This document shows, piece after piece, positions 20,895-29,922 of a stretch of DNA of 64,000 nucleotides. This stretch comes from Acidobacteriota bacterium (GTDB lineage: Bacteria > Acidobacteriota > Vicinamibacteria > Vicinamibacterales > UBA2999), in the NCBI GenBank assembly GCA_947482665.1, contig CANKJK010000012.1, positions 1,114-65,113 of the forward strand, read 5' to 3'. The notes beneath the pieces are model-generated. The model searched no databases. It saw only the letters and a list, made by a program, of their open reading frames with translations, and was not told the DNA's origin. Position 1 is the first letter of the stretch. Each line of letters opens with the position of its first letter. Position numbers and translations under genes: made by a program.

Positions 20895-22703
20895 ATGACG
20901 CACCGGACCCTGTCGCTCTCCGCTCTTGTCGCCGGCGTGTGCCTGGCGGCCGCGTTCCACGTCAGTGTTGCCACGCAGCAACCAGCCCCGGCGAAGGATC
21001 TGTCGCCGGAGGAGCTGCGGAAGAGCATGGGCCAGGATCTGACGAGTCCGTTTGTCCCGTTTCCTACCGTCAACCGCGCCACCTCGGCGAGCTGGCCGCT
21101 GAATCATCTCGACGCGAAGAACTCGCGTCACGCGACGCTGACCCAGATCACCGCGGCGAATGTCGGCTCGCTCGCCGTCCGGTGGCTCTATCACACGAAG
21201 GGCGCGGGCTCCTCGCCCATCGTGGTGGACGGCGTGATGTATGTCGCCACCCCCGAGAGCGTGGTGGCGCTGGACGCCGCGACGGGCCGGCTCGTGTGGT
21301 CCAACACCAACGTGGGCTCGGTGCGCGGTGTCGTGTATGGAGACGGGGCGCTCTATGTGTCCAAGGGCGTGACCGTCACGGCGCTCAACGCCCGGACAGG
21401 CGAGCCGGTGCCATCATTCGGTCAGGCGGGTGTGTCGAGCGCGGTCGCCGAGGTGCTGAAGGCGCGGTTTCCCGACCTCCAGAATCCGGCGGCGTGGGGC
21501 TATTCGGTGAACATGGTCCCGCAATACGCCAATGGCGTCCTCGTGGTCGGGACGGCCCTCAGCGAGAACCATATTCCCGGCGGCATCATCATCGGGATCG
21601 ACGCCAGGACCGGCCGCCCGCTGTGGAAGTTCATGGGCGTGCCGCAGGGGCCCGGCGATGAAGGCTGGGAGATTGCGAAGGACACGTGGGTGGGTGGTGT
21701 CCGGCACGGCGGCGGCATCTGGGCGACGCCCTCGATTGACGTCGAGACAAACACCGTCCACCTGACGATCGCGAACCCATCACCCGATCAGGACGGCTCG
21801 GCCCGGCGCGGCATCAATCTCTTCACCAACGCATTTGTCACCCTCGACCTGAAGACAGGCACGCTCCAGTGGTACTTCCAGCAGGTGCATCACGATCTGT
21901 GGGATTACGACGCGGGGCAGCAGCCGATCCTGTTTGACCTTCGCGTCAAGGGCCGCCTCGTGAAGGCCAGCGCGGCAGGCAACAAGAACGGCTTCATCTA
22001 CGTGCTCGATCGGACGACCGGCCGGCCCATCAATCCGATCGTCGAGACGCCCGTCTCCACGGTGACCGATGTGCCCGGCGAAGAGCCCTGGCCCACGCAG
22101 CCGATTCCACACACGGCCGCGGGCAAGCCCATGACGCCGACGGCGCCCCAGACGGTGGACCGGCCGCTCTTTCCGATCTTCGAGAAGTACCCGAAGGTGC
22201 CGTTCTATACGCCGCCGATGCGCAACGGCGCGGTGCACGCGCCACGGGAAGCGGTCCACTACGGTGGCAATGCCTTCAACCCCGAAACGGGCCTGCTGTA
22301 CGTGGCGGGCAAGGATCTGCCCATCTTCATCACCGTGGTACCCACGGGCGCCACGCTCAAGAACGGGCAGTTCAGCACGGCGGGCCGCCGGGATTCGGCG
22401 GCACCTGAGCGCGGGAGCGTGTCGGCCTATGACCCGGCGACCAACGAACTGGTGTGGCGGACGCCCATCGCAGGCGGTCCGTCGGCCGGGGTCTTCTCGA
22501 CGGCGGGGAATCTGGTGTTCGTGGGTGACCGCCAGGGGAACTTCGCGGCACTCAATGCGAAAACGGGCAAGCCGCTCTGGAGCTTTCAGACGGGCGGCGC
22601 CATCCGTGGCGGCCAGATCACCTATCAGGTGAATGGCACGCAGTACGTCGCCGTCCCGTCCGGGGGCGACGTGGTCCTCGCCTTCGCGCTGCCAGGCCGC
22701 TGA
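20895..22703 (+). CDS. PQQ-dependent dehydrogenase (secreted quinoprotein beta-propeller)
   Basis: Signal peptide MTHRTLSLSALVAGVCLAAAFHV. Propeller repeats (VVDGVMYVATPESVVALDAATGRLVW; ALNAKTGKPLWSF). QQVHHDLWDYDAGQQPILFDL motif. The listed start at 20145 overlaps the previous gene and is rejected. Confidence 0.85.
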   Translation: MTHRTLSLSALVAGVCLAAAFHVSVATQQPAPAKDLSPEELRKSMGQDLTSPFVPFPTVNRATSASWPLNHLDAKNSRHATLTQITAANVGSLAVRWLYHTKGAGSSPIVVDGVMYVATPESVVALDAATGRLVWSNTNVGSVRGVVYGDGALYVSKGVTVTALNARTGEPVPSFGQAGVSSAVAEVLKARFPDLQNPAAWGYSVNMVPQYANGVLVVGTALSENHIPGGIIIGIDARTGRPLWKFMGVPQGPGDEGWEIAKDTWVGGVRHGGGIWATPSIDVETNTVHLTIANPSPDQDGSARRGINLFTNAFVTLDLKTGTLQWYFQQVHHDLWDYDAGQQPILFDLRVKGRLVKASAAGNKNGFIYVLDRTTGRPINPIVETPVSTVTDVPGEEPWPTQPIPHTAAGKPMTPTAPQTVDRPLFPIFEKYPKVPFYTPPMRNGAVHAPREAVHYGGNAFNPETGLLYVAGKDLPIFITVVPTGATLKNGQFSTAGRRDSAAPERGSVSAYDPATNELVWRTPIAGGPSAGVFSTAGNLVFVGDRQGNFAALNAKTGKPLWSFQTGGAIRGGQITYQVNGTQYVAVPSGGDVVLAFALPGR

Positions 22704-22725
22704 GCCAAGCCCGCGCGGGGTTCCG

Positions 22726-22884
22726 TCAGGTCAGCAGATACGCCCAGGCCCCGAAGCCGGCGACGGCAACAACGGCGGCCACGATGAACCCCGTGGCGCG
22801 GCGCTGGTCAATCCTGGTGGCGCGGACCTGCCAGCGCCGCCAGCGGACCGCCCCCGCGACATCAATGCCGGCCGGGTCGCTCAT
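22726..22884 (-). CDS. small single-TM protein (52 aa), unknown function
   Basis: Its ATG overlaps the stop of the upstream zinc-ribbon ORF (ATGA). C-terminal TM segment FIVAAVVAVAGFGAWAYLL. Confidence 0.4.
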   Translation of the reverse strand: MSDPAGIDVAGAVRWRRWQVRATRIDQRRATGFIVAAVVAVAGFGAWAYLLT

Positions 22885-23093
22885 AGCGTGACCGCGGCGA
22901 GGGGGGCCACCCGGTCGTACTCCGCGGACCAGGCCGCGTAGGCCGCGGCGCCCTTGACGCGGGCGGCCGTCCAGAGCTGGCCGCAGCGCGGGCAGCGCCA
23001 CTCGTCATCAGGACCGAGCGTGTCAATGGTGGGCGAGGGTGTCTTGCACAAGAGGCAGACACCGTGAGTCGGCGCGAGTGGTGATGTGGTCAT
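22881..23093 (-). CDS. small zinc-ribbon protein (70 aa), unknown function
   Basis: CLLC...(19 aa)...CPRC motif pair. Third codon positions are mostly G/C. The start overlaps the stop of the upstream gene (ATGA). Confidence 0.5.
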   Translation of the reverse strand: MTTSPLAPTHGVCLLCKTPSPTIDTLGPDDEWRCPRCGQLWTAARVKGAAAYAAWSAEYDRVAPLAAVTL

Positions 23094-23773
23094 GGGGTAA
23101 ACGTGGCCTTGTTGGTGGAGCGCGTCTTGTCGCCCGCGGCCTTGGCCGCCGCGGCGGCATCCTTCGCGCGCGCGGCTTCGCGGACGGGCGCCTCGCGTTC
23201 GTCCATCGTCACGGAGGCCGCCTGTGCCTTGCGTGCCAGCGCCTCACGCGACGTGGAGGTGATGACGAGGCCATAGGTGGCGCTGTATTCGGAGGTCTGC
23301 AACGCGATCGTGGTGTCTCCCTGCAGCCAGAGCGCCACGGTGGTGGGCGCGTCGAGGCTGTCGTAGCCCGGGCGGCGCCTGGGCTGAGCCGGCAGGGGGC
23401 CGACAGGGCCGTAGACCGCGACGAGTGAGGCCGTCATGTCCCCCCGGCTCAGACCTTCCGTGCGGCTCCGCGCGTATTCCACCGCGATCCGGTAGAGCCG
23501 GTTATCCAGGAAGCTGAAGACGACGCCGCCGATGGAGTCGCTGCCGCTCCTGGTCATCGTGTGCGCCGGGCGCCACGACAGCTCCTGGAGCAGCGAGGGG
23601 CGGGCATGGAGCGTCGTCAGCTCACGCGGAGTGGACATCGTGGCGGAGAGAATATCTGCGGTTGAGGCTCCCAGCTTGTAGTCGCGATACTGGCTGAAGT
23701 CGGCCGCGTTCGCCGAGATCACTGTCAGGAGGCAGAGCGGCAGGAGAGCACACCAGCAGAGCAGACGAGCCAT
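23090..23773 (-). CDS. secreted protein of unknown function (227 aa)
   Basis: Signal peptide MARLLCWCALLPLCLLTVISANA. Ala/Lys-rich C-terminal tail. First gene of a three-gene translationally coupled unit. Confidence 0.55.
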   Translation of the reverse strand: MARLLCWCALLPLCLLTVISANAADFSQYRDYKLGASTADILSATMSTPRELTTLHARPSLLQELSWRPAHTMTRSGSDSIGGVVFSFLDNRLYRIAVEYARSRTEGLSRGDMTASLVAVYGPVGPLPAQPRRRPGYDSLDAPTTVALWLQGDTTIALQTSEYSATYGLVITSTSREALARKAQAASVTMDEREAPVREAARAKDAAAAAKAAGDKTRSTNKATFTP

Positions 23774-23853
23774 GGAGTCACGGTATCACGCCGGGTCCCC
23801 AGGCGCTGTTCTCTTCTGAACACGTCGTAGCGACGCGGTATGCTGGGCGACCG

Positions 23854-26160
23854 ATGCAAACCCCTCTTCGAGCCCTGTCATGGTGCGCGGTCCTGAGCCT
23901 CTCTGCCGGAGCGGCTGCCGCACAGTCCCCGGTTCCGCCACGGCAGGCACCTGCGGCTCCGGCCGCCATCACCGTGCCGGGGCTCCCGGTGCCAATCTAT
24001 GGCCCGCCGCCGCCAATCGCTCCAGCGACCTCGGCCCGTGATGCCGCCGGACGTCTGACGATTCGGGCCGTGCGCTTGACCTCGCCGCTCAAGATTGACG
24101 GCAAGCTCGACGAGGCTGTGTACGCGAACGTGCCCCCTGTCGCCGGCTTCATCCAGATGGATCCCCAGGCCGGCGCGCCCGCGACGCAGGACACCGAGAT
24201 CTGGGTCTTCTTCGATGACAACAACGTCTACGCGGTCGTGCGCGCTCATGAATCGAACCTGGCGGGCATGATCGCCAACGAAATGCGCCGCGACGCCGTG
24301 GTGCTGACGCAGAACGAATACGTGAACTTCGTCTTCGACACCTTCTACGATCGCCGGAACGCGCAGTTGTTTGTCATCACACCGACGGGCGGGCGCATGG
24401 ATGGCCAGTTGACGAGCGAGCGTCAGTACAACGGCGACTGGAATCCGGTGTGGACCCTGCGCACCGGGCGATTCGACGGCGGGTGGACCGCGGAAGCCGC
24501 GATTCCCTTCAAGTCGCTACGCTACCGGCCGGGCAAGGAGCAGGTCTGGGGCCTGCATGTCAGCCGGTACAACCGCTGGAAGAACGAAGTGTCGTTTCCC
24601 ATCCCGATGGATCGCGCCCGTGGCACGTCTGGTGCCTTTCAGATGTCGGTGGCGCCGACGCTGGTGGGCATCGAAGCGCCGCCCGCCGGCCACAATATCG
24701 AGATCAAGCCGTACGCCATCGGGGGCGTGAGCAGCGATCTGACCGCGTCGCCGCGGATCATCAACGATGGCACCGCGTCCGCGGGCGTCGATGCCAAGCT
24801 GGGCGTCACGCAGGGCATCGCGGCCGACCTCACCTACAACACGGACTTCGCGCAGGTGGAGGCCGACGAACAGCAGCTCAACCTGACGCGCTTCAATCTC
24901 TTCTTCCCAGAGAAGCGCGATTTCTTCCTGGAGAATCAGGGGACGTTCCAGTTTGGCGGGATTGCGGCCGCCAGCGGCGATGCGCCGGTGCTCTTCTACA
25001 GTCGGCGGATCGGGCTGAACGGTTCGCGCGTGGTCCCCATCCATGGGGGCGGTCGTGTCTCGGGCCGGACCGGCCGGTATAGCCTTGGCGTGGTCGACAT
25101 GCAGTCCAAGGAGGACGACGCGTCACACTCGCCCAGCACGAACTTCTCGGTGGTCCGCGTGCGGCGCGACATCCTGCGCCGGAGCAGCATTGGCGCGCTC
25201 TATCAGGGACGGTCACACGCGCAGGCCGGGCCCGGGTCCAACCAGATGTACGGCGCGGACGGCGTGTTTGCCTTCTACCAGAACCTCGTCGTGAACACCT
25301 ATTGGGCGCGCACGGACTCCCAGGGCCGCTCTGGTGATGACACCAGTTACCGGGCGCAACTCGACTACGCCGGCGACCGGTACGGTGTGCAGGCGGAGCG
25401 GCTGGGCGTGGGCCGCAACTTCAATCCGGAGATCGGGTTTGTCCGCCGGACCGACATCGAGAAGGCCTACGGGCTGGTCCGCTTCAGCCCACGGACGAAG
25501 CGCTTCACGTCGGTCCGCAAGTTCTTCACCGCGCTCTCCAGTCAGTACATCCAGAATGCCGCCGGTCGCCGTGAGCTCCAGAGCGTCAATACCGAGGCAG
25601 CCATCGAGTACCAGAACAGCGACCGGCTCGCGGTGAACTACGACCGCACCTACGAATACATCCCCGTGCCGTTCCGCATCGCGCCTGGCGTCACCGTGCC
25701 GGTGGGTGGCTACGACTACGACAACGTCAAGCTCTCGTTCAACATCGGGCAACAGCGCCGTCTGAACGGCATCGCGTCCGTCGAGCACGGCACGCTCTAC
25801 GCCGGGCACAAGACGGCCGTTGGCTTCAGCCGCGGCCGGATCAAGCTGGCGACGCGCTTCTCGGTCGAGCCCACGGTGACCCTCAACCATGTCGAGCTGC
25901 CGCAGGGCACCTTCAACACGAACCTCATCGGGTCCCGGGCCACGTTTACGCCGACGCCGCTGATGTTCCTGAGCGCGCTCGTGCAGTACAACTCCACGGC
26001 CCGGTCGCTCGCCGCCAACGTGCGGTTCCGATGGGAGTACTCGCCCGGCAGTGAGATGTTCGTCGTCTACAACGATCAGCGCGACACGCGCGGCGCCGGG
26101 TTCCCTGACATGACCAACCGGGCCTTCATCGTGAAGGTGAACCGTCTGTTTCGATTCTGA
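23854..26160 (+). CDS. DUF5916-family outer-membrane protein with N-terminal CBM9-like domain (copy 1)
   Basis: Signal peptide. LKIDGKLDEAVY...DWNPVW...GGWTAEAAIPFKSLRY (CBM9-like). LTYNTDFAQVEADEQQLNLTRFNLFFPEKRDFFLEN. C-terminal ...FIVKVNRLFRF. Confidence 0.75.
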   Translation: MQTPLRALSWCAVLSLSAGAAAAQSPVPPRQAPAAPAAITVPGLPVPIYGPPPPIAPATSARDAAGRLTIRAVRLTSPLKIDGKLDEAVYANVPPVAGFIQMDPQAGAPATQDTEIWVFFDDNNVYAVVRAHESNLAGMIANEMRRDAVVLTQNEYVNFVFDTFYDRRNAQLFVITPTGGRMDGQLTSERQYNGDWNPVWTLRTGRFDGGWTAEAAIPFKSLRYRPGKEQVWGLHVSRYNRWKNEVSFPIPMDRARGTSGAFQMSVAPTLVGIEAPPAGHNIEIKPYAIGGVSSDLTASPRIINDGTASAGVDAKLGVTQGIAADLTYNTDFAQVEADEQQLNLTRFNLFFPEKRDFFLENQGTFQFGGIAAASGDAPVLFYSRRIGLNGSRVVPIHGGGRVSGRTGRYSLGVVDMQSKEDDASHSPSTNFSVVRVRRDILRRSSIGALYQGRSHAQAGPGSNQMYGADGVFAFYQNLVVNTYWARTDSQGRSGDDTSYRAQLDYAGDRYGVQAERLGVGRNFNPEIGFVRRTDIEKAYGLVRFSPRTKRFTSVRKFFTALSSQYIQNAAGRRELQSVNTEAAIEYQNSDRLAVNYDRTYEYIPVPFRIAPGVTVPVGGYDYDNVKLSFNIGQQRRLNGIASVEHGTLYAGHKTAVGFSRGRIKLATRFSVEPTVTLNHVELPQGTFNTNLIGSRATFTPTPLMFLSALVQYNSTARSLAANVRFRWEYSPGSEMFVVYNDQRDTRGAGFPDMTNRAFIVKVNRLFRF

Positions 26161-26186
26161 GCGGCGCTCTGTAGCAAGATAGGGGC

Positions 26187-27371
26187 ATGGCATTCCGCTC
26201 CTTTCATCCTCCCCAGCGCGTCCTCATGGGGCCCGGCCCCTCCGATGTCAGTCCGCGGGTGCTGGCGGCGATGGCCCGCCCGACGCTCGGGCACCTCGAC
26301 CCGGTCTTCATCTCGATGATGGACGAGGTCAAGGCGCTGCTTCAGGCCACCTTCCTGACGGCCAACGAGCTCACCATGCCGGTCTCGGCGCCCGGTTCCG
26401 CGGGGATGGAGACCTGTTTCGTCAATCTGGTCGAGCCTGGCGATACGGTGATCGTCTGTCAGAACGGCGTGTTCGGCGGCCGCATGAAAGAGAACGTCGA
26501 GCGGTCCGGCGGGATTCCCGTGATGGTGCAGGACGACTGGGGCCGCGCCGTCGATCCCCAGAAGCTCGAGGATGCCCTGACGGCGCACCCCGAAGCCTCT
26601 CTCGTGGCGTTTGTCCACGCCGAGACCTCGACGGGCGCGCAGTCCGACGCCGGGCCGCTGGTGCGGATTGCCCATGCGCACGGATGTCTCGCGATCGTTG
26701 ACGCGGTGACCTCCCTCGGCGGCACGCCGCTCAGGGTGGACGACTGGGAGATCGACGCCATTTATTCCGGCACGCAGAAGTGCCTCTCCTGCACGCCGGG
26801 TCTCTCGCCCGTCAGCTTCGGCGCGAAGGCCCGCGAAAAAGTGACGGGGCGTAAGTCCAAGGTGCAGAGCTGGTTTCTCGACCTGAATCTCGTCATGGGG
26901 TACTGGGGCGGCGCGACCAAGCGGGCCTATCACCATACGGCGCCCATCAATGCGCTCTACGGCCTGCATGAGGCGCTCGTCATCGTGCAGGAGGAAGGAC
27001 TCGACGCGGCGTGGGCGCGGCATCAGCGGAATCACCTCGCGCTGCGGGCCGGGCTGGAGGCCATGGGGCTCCGCTTCGTGGTGCCCGAGCGTGAGCGGCT
27101 GCCGCAGCTGAACGCGATCGCGATTCCAGACGGTGTGGACGACGCGGCCGTGCGCGGTCTGTTGCTCGCCGACTACAGCCTCGAGATCGGCGCAGGCCTC
27201 GGTGCGATGGCGGGCAAGGTGTGGCGCATCGGCTTGATGGGCCACGGCAGCAATCCACGCAACGTGCGCTATTGCCTCGCGGCGCTCGAGGACGTCCTCG
27301 GCCGTGTGAAGGCGCCGGTGGCCCGCGGCGTCGCGCTGGACGCAGCCAACGCGGTGCTCGGCGCCGCCTAG
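26187..27371 (+). CDS. class V PLP aminotransferase (alanine-glyoxylate / serine-pyruvate type)
   Basis: [33 protein letters not shown]...; [23 protein letters not shown] contains the PLP-lysine motif of AGXT-like enzymes. Confidence 0.85.
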   Translation: MAFRSFHPPQRVLMGPGPSDVSPRVLAAMARPTLGHLDPVFISMMDEVKALLQATFLTANELTMPVSAPGSAGMETCFVNLVEPGDTVIVCQNGVFGGRMKENVERSGGIPVMVQDDWGRAVDPQKLEDALTAHPEASLVAFVHAETSTGAQSDAGPLVRIAHAHGCLAIVDAVTSLGGTPLRVDDWEIDAIYSGTQKCLSCTPGLSPVSFGAKAREKVTGRKSKVQSWFLDLNLVMGYWGGATKRAYHHTAPINALYGLHEALVIVQEEGLDAAWARHQRNHLALRAGLEAMGLRFVVPERERLPQLNAIAIPDGVDDAAVRGLLLADYSLEIGAGLGAMAGKVWRIGLMGHGSNPRNVRYCLAALEDVLGRVKAPVARGVALDAANAVLGAA

Positions 27372-27375
27372 TCGC

Positions 27376-28980
27376 ATGCACCGCGCCTTCCGCCTGTTCG
27401 CGCTCGTCTGCGTGCTCGGCGGGGCGGCGTGGCCGGCCGGCGCGCAGGCCGAACTGCCGCCGGACCAGCGGGCGCTCCGCGCGGCGCGGCTCCTCGGCGA
27501 GCCGCAGCAGCAGCTCGACGCGCTCCGGAAGGTTGCGGCCGACTATCCGACGAGCCGCTACGGTGAGCGCGCGCGGATGGCGGTGCTCGACGTCCTCGCG
27601 AAGCAGTTCCCGTCGCGCTCCGCCGACATCCGCCAGCAGGCCGCGCTGCTGGTGCGGCGCGCCGACCCGGCCGACCCGGGGATGTACGACGACGTCGCCA
27701 CGGTATTGGTGGACGCCGGCGTCGAGCTGGAGACGGCCCGGGCCCTCTCGGCGAAGACCGTCCGCGCCTTCACCGAGCAGGCGTTCCTGCGGGCCGCCCG
27801 GAAGGACTACGCGGCAGCGAAGCAGGCGCTGCCCGCCGCTGAACAGCTCCGGAAGAATTACCTCTCCTCGCGCACGGCGCTGCTCGGCACGCTCGGGCGT
27901 ATCTACCTTGCCCTGGGAGATCGATCCCGTGCCGCCGCGACGTTTGGCGAAGCGGAGCGCGGTCACCCCTCAGCGCAGGCCGCGGACGGCCTGGGTGCGA
28001 TCGCGCTCGCCGAAGGCCGGGAGGACGACGCCTACCGCTGGTGGCTCAGGGCCCGCGTGACGGGTGTCCTCTCGCCGGCCTCCGCCCGGGAATTTGAGCG
28101 GCTGTTCGCGGCGCGCGAGGGCGCCCGGGGCGTGCCGCTCGAGCATCTGCTCGACGAGGCCTATCGGGCGCTTGGTCCGAATCCCGTGCACCCGGAGCGC
28201 TACGTGCCTGCCCAGCCCGGAGACCGGACCGTGCTGCTCGAGATGTTCACCGGAGCGGGTTGCCCGCCCTGTGCGGGCGCCGACCTGGCGGTGGACGCGC
28301 TTCGCGAGCGCTTCAGCGCCGAGCAGGTGGTGGTGCTGATGCACCACGTGCACATCCCCAGGCCGGACCCGATGGCAAATGCCGCGACGGTCGCGCGGTC
28401 GGATCTTTACGCCATCACCGGGGCGCCGACCTTCATCGTGGACGGCACGCGCCGAGAGACGGGTGGCGCGTCACGGGAGAACGCGGCCCGCCCCTACGAG
28501 CGGGTCAAGACCCATCTGGAGGCGGCGCTCGCCACGCCGGCCGGAGCAGACCTCCGCGCGCGGGCCACGCTGGCCGGGGGCGTGGCGACGGTCCGCGTCG
28601 AGCCCCAGCTCAAGATGCCGGCGGAGCGGATCATGGTCCGCGTGGCGCTCGTCGAGCGCGAGCTCCGCTATGGCGGCGAGAACGGCATCCGGTTTCATCC
28701 GATGGTCGTGCGGGCGCTCGCGGAGCGGCCGCTGCCGAAGCCCGGCGACGCGGTCTCGGTGGAGTTTGCCGTGGCCGACGTGGCCGCGTCGCTCCGTTCC
28801 TATCTGGATGGGTTCGAGCAGCGCAATGATCGCTTCGGCCCCATGCGCTTTGCCGAGAAGAAGGCCGCGATCGATGCGCGCAATCTGGGCGTCGTCGTCT
28901 TCCTCCAGAGCGACGAGGATCGGGCGGTGCTGCAGAGCCGCTACGTCGAACTCGGCGCCACCTCAGGAGAGCGCCCGTGA
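27376..28980 (+). CDS. secreted protein: helical-repeat (TPR-like) N-half plus DUF1223-like thioredoxin-fold C-half with a CxxC motif
   Basis: Signal peptide MHRAFRLFALVCVLGGAAWPAGAQA. TVLLEMFTGAGCPPCAGADLAVDAL...HHVHIP...APTFIVDG resembles the DUF1223 pattern ELFTSxGCSSCPPAD...VDG. That pattern is recalled from memory. Confidence 0.5.
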   Translation: MHRAFRLFALVCVLGGAAWPAGAQAELPPDQRALRAARLLGEPQQQLDALRKVAADYPTSRYGERARMAVLDVLAKQFPSRSADIRQQAALLVRRADPADPGMYDDVATVLVDAGVELETARALSAKTVRAFTEQAFLRAARKDYAAAKQALPAAEQLRKNYLSSRTALLGTLGRIYLALGDRSRAAATFGEAERGHPSAQAADGLGAIALAEGREDDAYRWWLRARVTGVLSPASAREFERLFAAREGARGVPLEHLLDEAYRALGPNPVHPERYVPAQPGDRTVLLEMFTGAGCPPCAGADLAVDALRERFSAEQVVVLMHHVHIPRPDPMANAATVARSDLYAITGAPTFIVDGTRRETGGASRENAARPYERVKTHLEAALATPAGADLRARATLAGGVATVRVEPQLKMPAERIMVRVALVERELRYGGENGIRFHPMVVRALAERPLPKPGDAVSVEFAVADVAASLRSYLDGFEQRNDRFGPMRFAEKKAAIDARNLGVVVFLQSDEDRAVLQSRYVELGATSGERP

Positions 28981-29432
28981 TCGCCGCGCTCGTGGCGCTG
29001 CTGCTCGCGCAGTCGCCGGCGCCGCCCGCCGTGGCGTGGACGCTCCGCGCGCCCGAGGCCAGGGCGGGCGAGACCCTCGAGCTCACCCTCTCGGCGGTGA
29101 TCGCGCCGGGCTGGCACCTCTACGCGATGACGCAACCGGAGGGCGGCCCAGTGCCTACGGAGTTCTCGGTGCCGGCCGGACAGCCCGTGCGGTTCGCGAA
29201 GCCGGTCATCGCGTCCAAGCCCGCGACCATTCACGACCCGAACTTCGACCTGCGCATCCAGCTGTACTCCGGCACGGCGACCTTCCGTCTTCCCGTCCGT
29301 GTGGACCCCTCCACGCCGGCCGGTCCGCAGACCGTGGTTGTCCACGCGCGGTATCAGAGCTGTAACGACGTGCTCTGTCTGCCGCCGCGCACCGTCCCGA
29401 TTGAGACCACCCTCATCGTCAGGTCCCGTTAG
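28977..29432 (+). CDS. DsbD-N/ScsB-like thiol-disulfide interchange domain protein
   Basis: The GTG start overlaps the upstream stop. LELTLSAVIAPGWHLYAMTQ... and ARYQSCNDVLCLPP are typical of the DsbD N-terminal Ig-fold family. Confidence 0.6.
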   Translation: MIAALVALLLAQSPAPPAVAWTLRAPEARAGETLELTLSAVIAPGWHLYAMTQPEGGPVPTEFSVPAGQPVRFAKPVIASKPATIHDPNFDLRIQLYSGTATFRLPVRVDPSTPAGPQTVVVHARYQSCNDVLCLPPRTVPIETTLIVRSR

Positions 29433-29433
29433 C

Positions 29434-29922
29434 ATGCCGATCGTTGCGACTGCCGATCTCTGCGACCAGGGTGGAGACGCCCTCCAGGTCCTGCCGCCAG
29501 GCCTGCTCAACCTCGGTGGCCTCGCCGCGTTCAACGGTCGCGTAACCACGCTCCGCGTGCATGAGGACAACGCGCTGGTCCGCACGGTCTTGAGCAGCGC
29601 CGGCGACGGGCGCGTGCTCGTCATCGACGGCGGCGGTTCGGTGCGCACGGCCCTGGTCGGCGGGAAGCTCGGGCAACTGGCGCAGGACAACGGCTGGAGC
29701 GGCATCGTCGTGTGGGGAGCCGTGCGGGATGCCGTGGAGCTGGCGGTGGCCCGCGTGGGGATTCGTGCGCTGGCGACCTGTCCGCGGCCTCCGCTGAAGA
29801 CCGGGGCCGGTGAGCGGGACGTGCCTGTCGTCCTGGGCGGCATCACCATCACGCCCGGCATGTGGCTGGCTGCGGACGCTGATGGCGTCGTCGTGGCCGC
29901 GCACCCACCCGAGACGCCGTGA
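29434..29922 (+). CDS. rraA: RraA-family protein (RNase E regulator / HMG-aldolase fold)
   Basis: ATADLCDQGGDALQVLPPGL...RVLVIDGGGSVRTALVGGKLGQLAQDNGWSGIVVWGAVRD matches the RraA family. The ATG is 1 nt after the previous stop. Confidence 0.8.
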   Translation: MPIVATADLCDQGGDALQVLPPGLLNLGGLAAFNGRVTTLRVHEDNALVRTVLSSAGDGRVLVIDGGGSVRTALVGGKLGQLAQDNGWSGIVVWGAVRDAVELAVARVGIRALATCPRPPLKTGAGERDVPVVLGGITITPGMWLAADADGVVVAAHPPETP

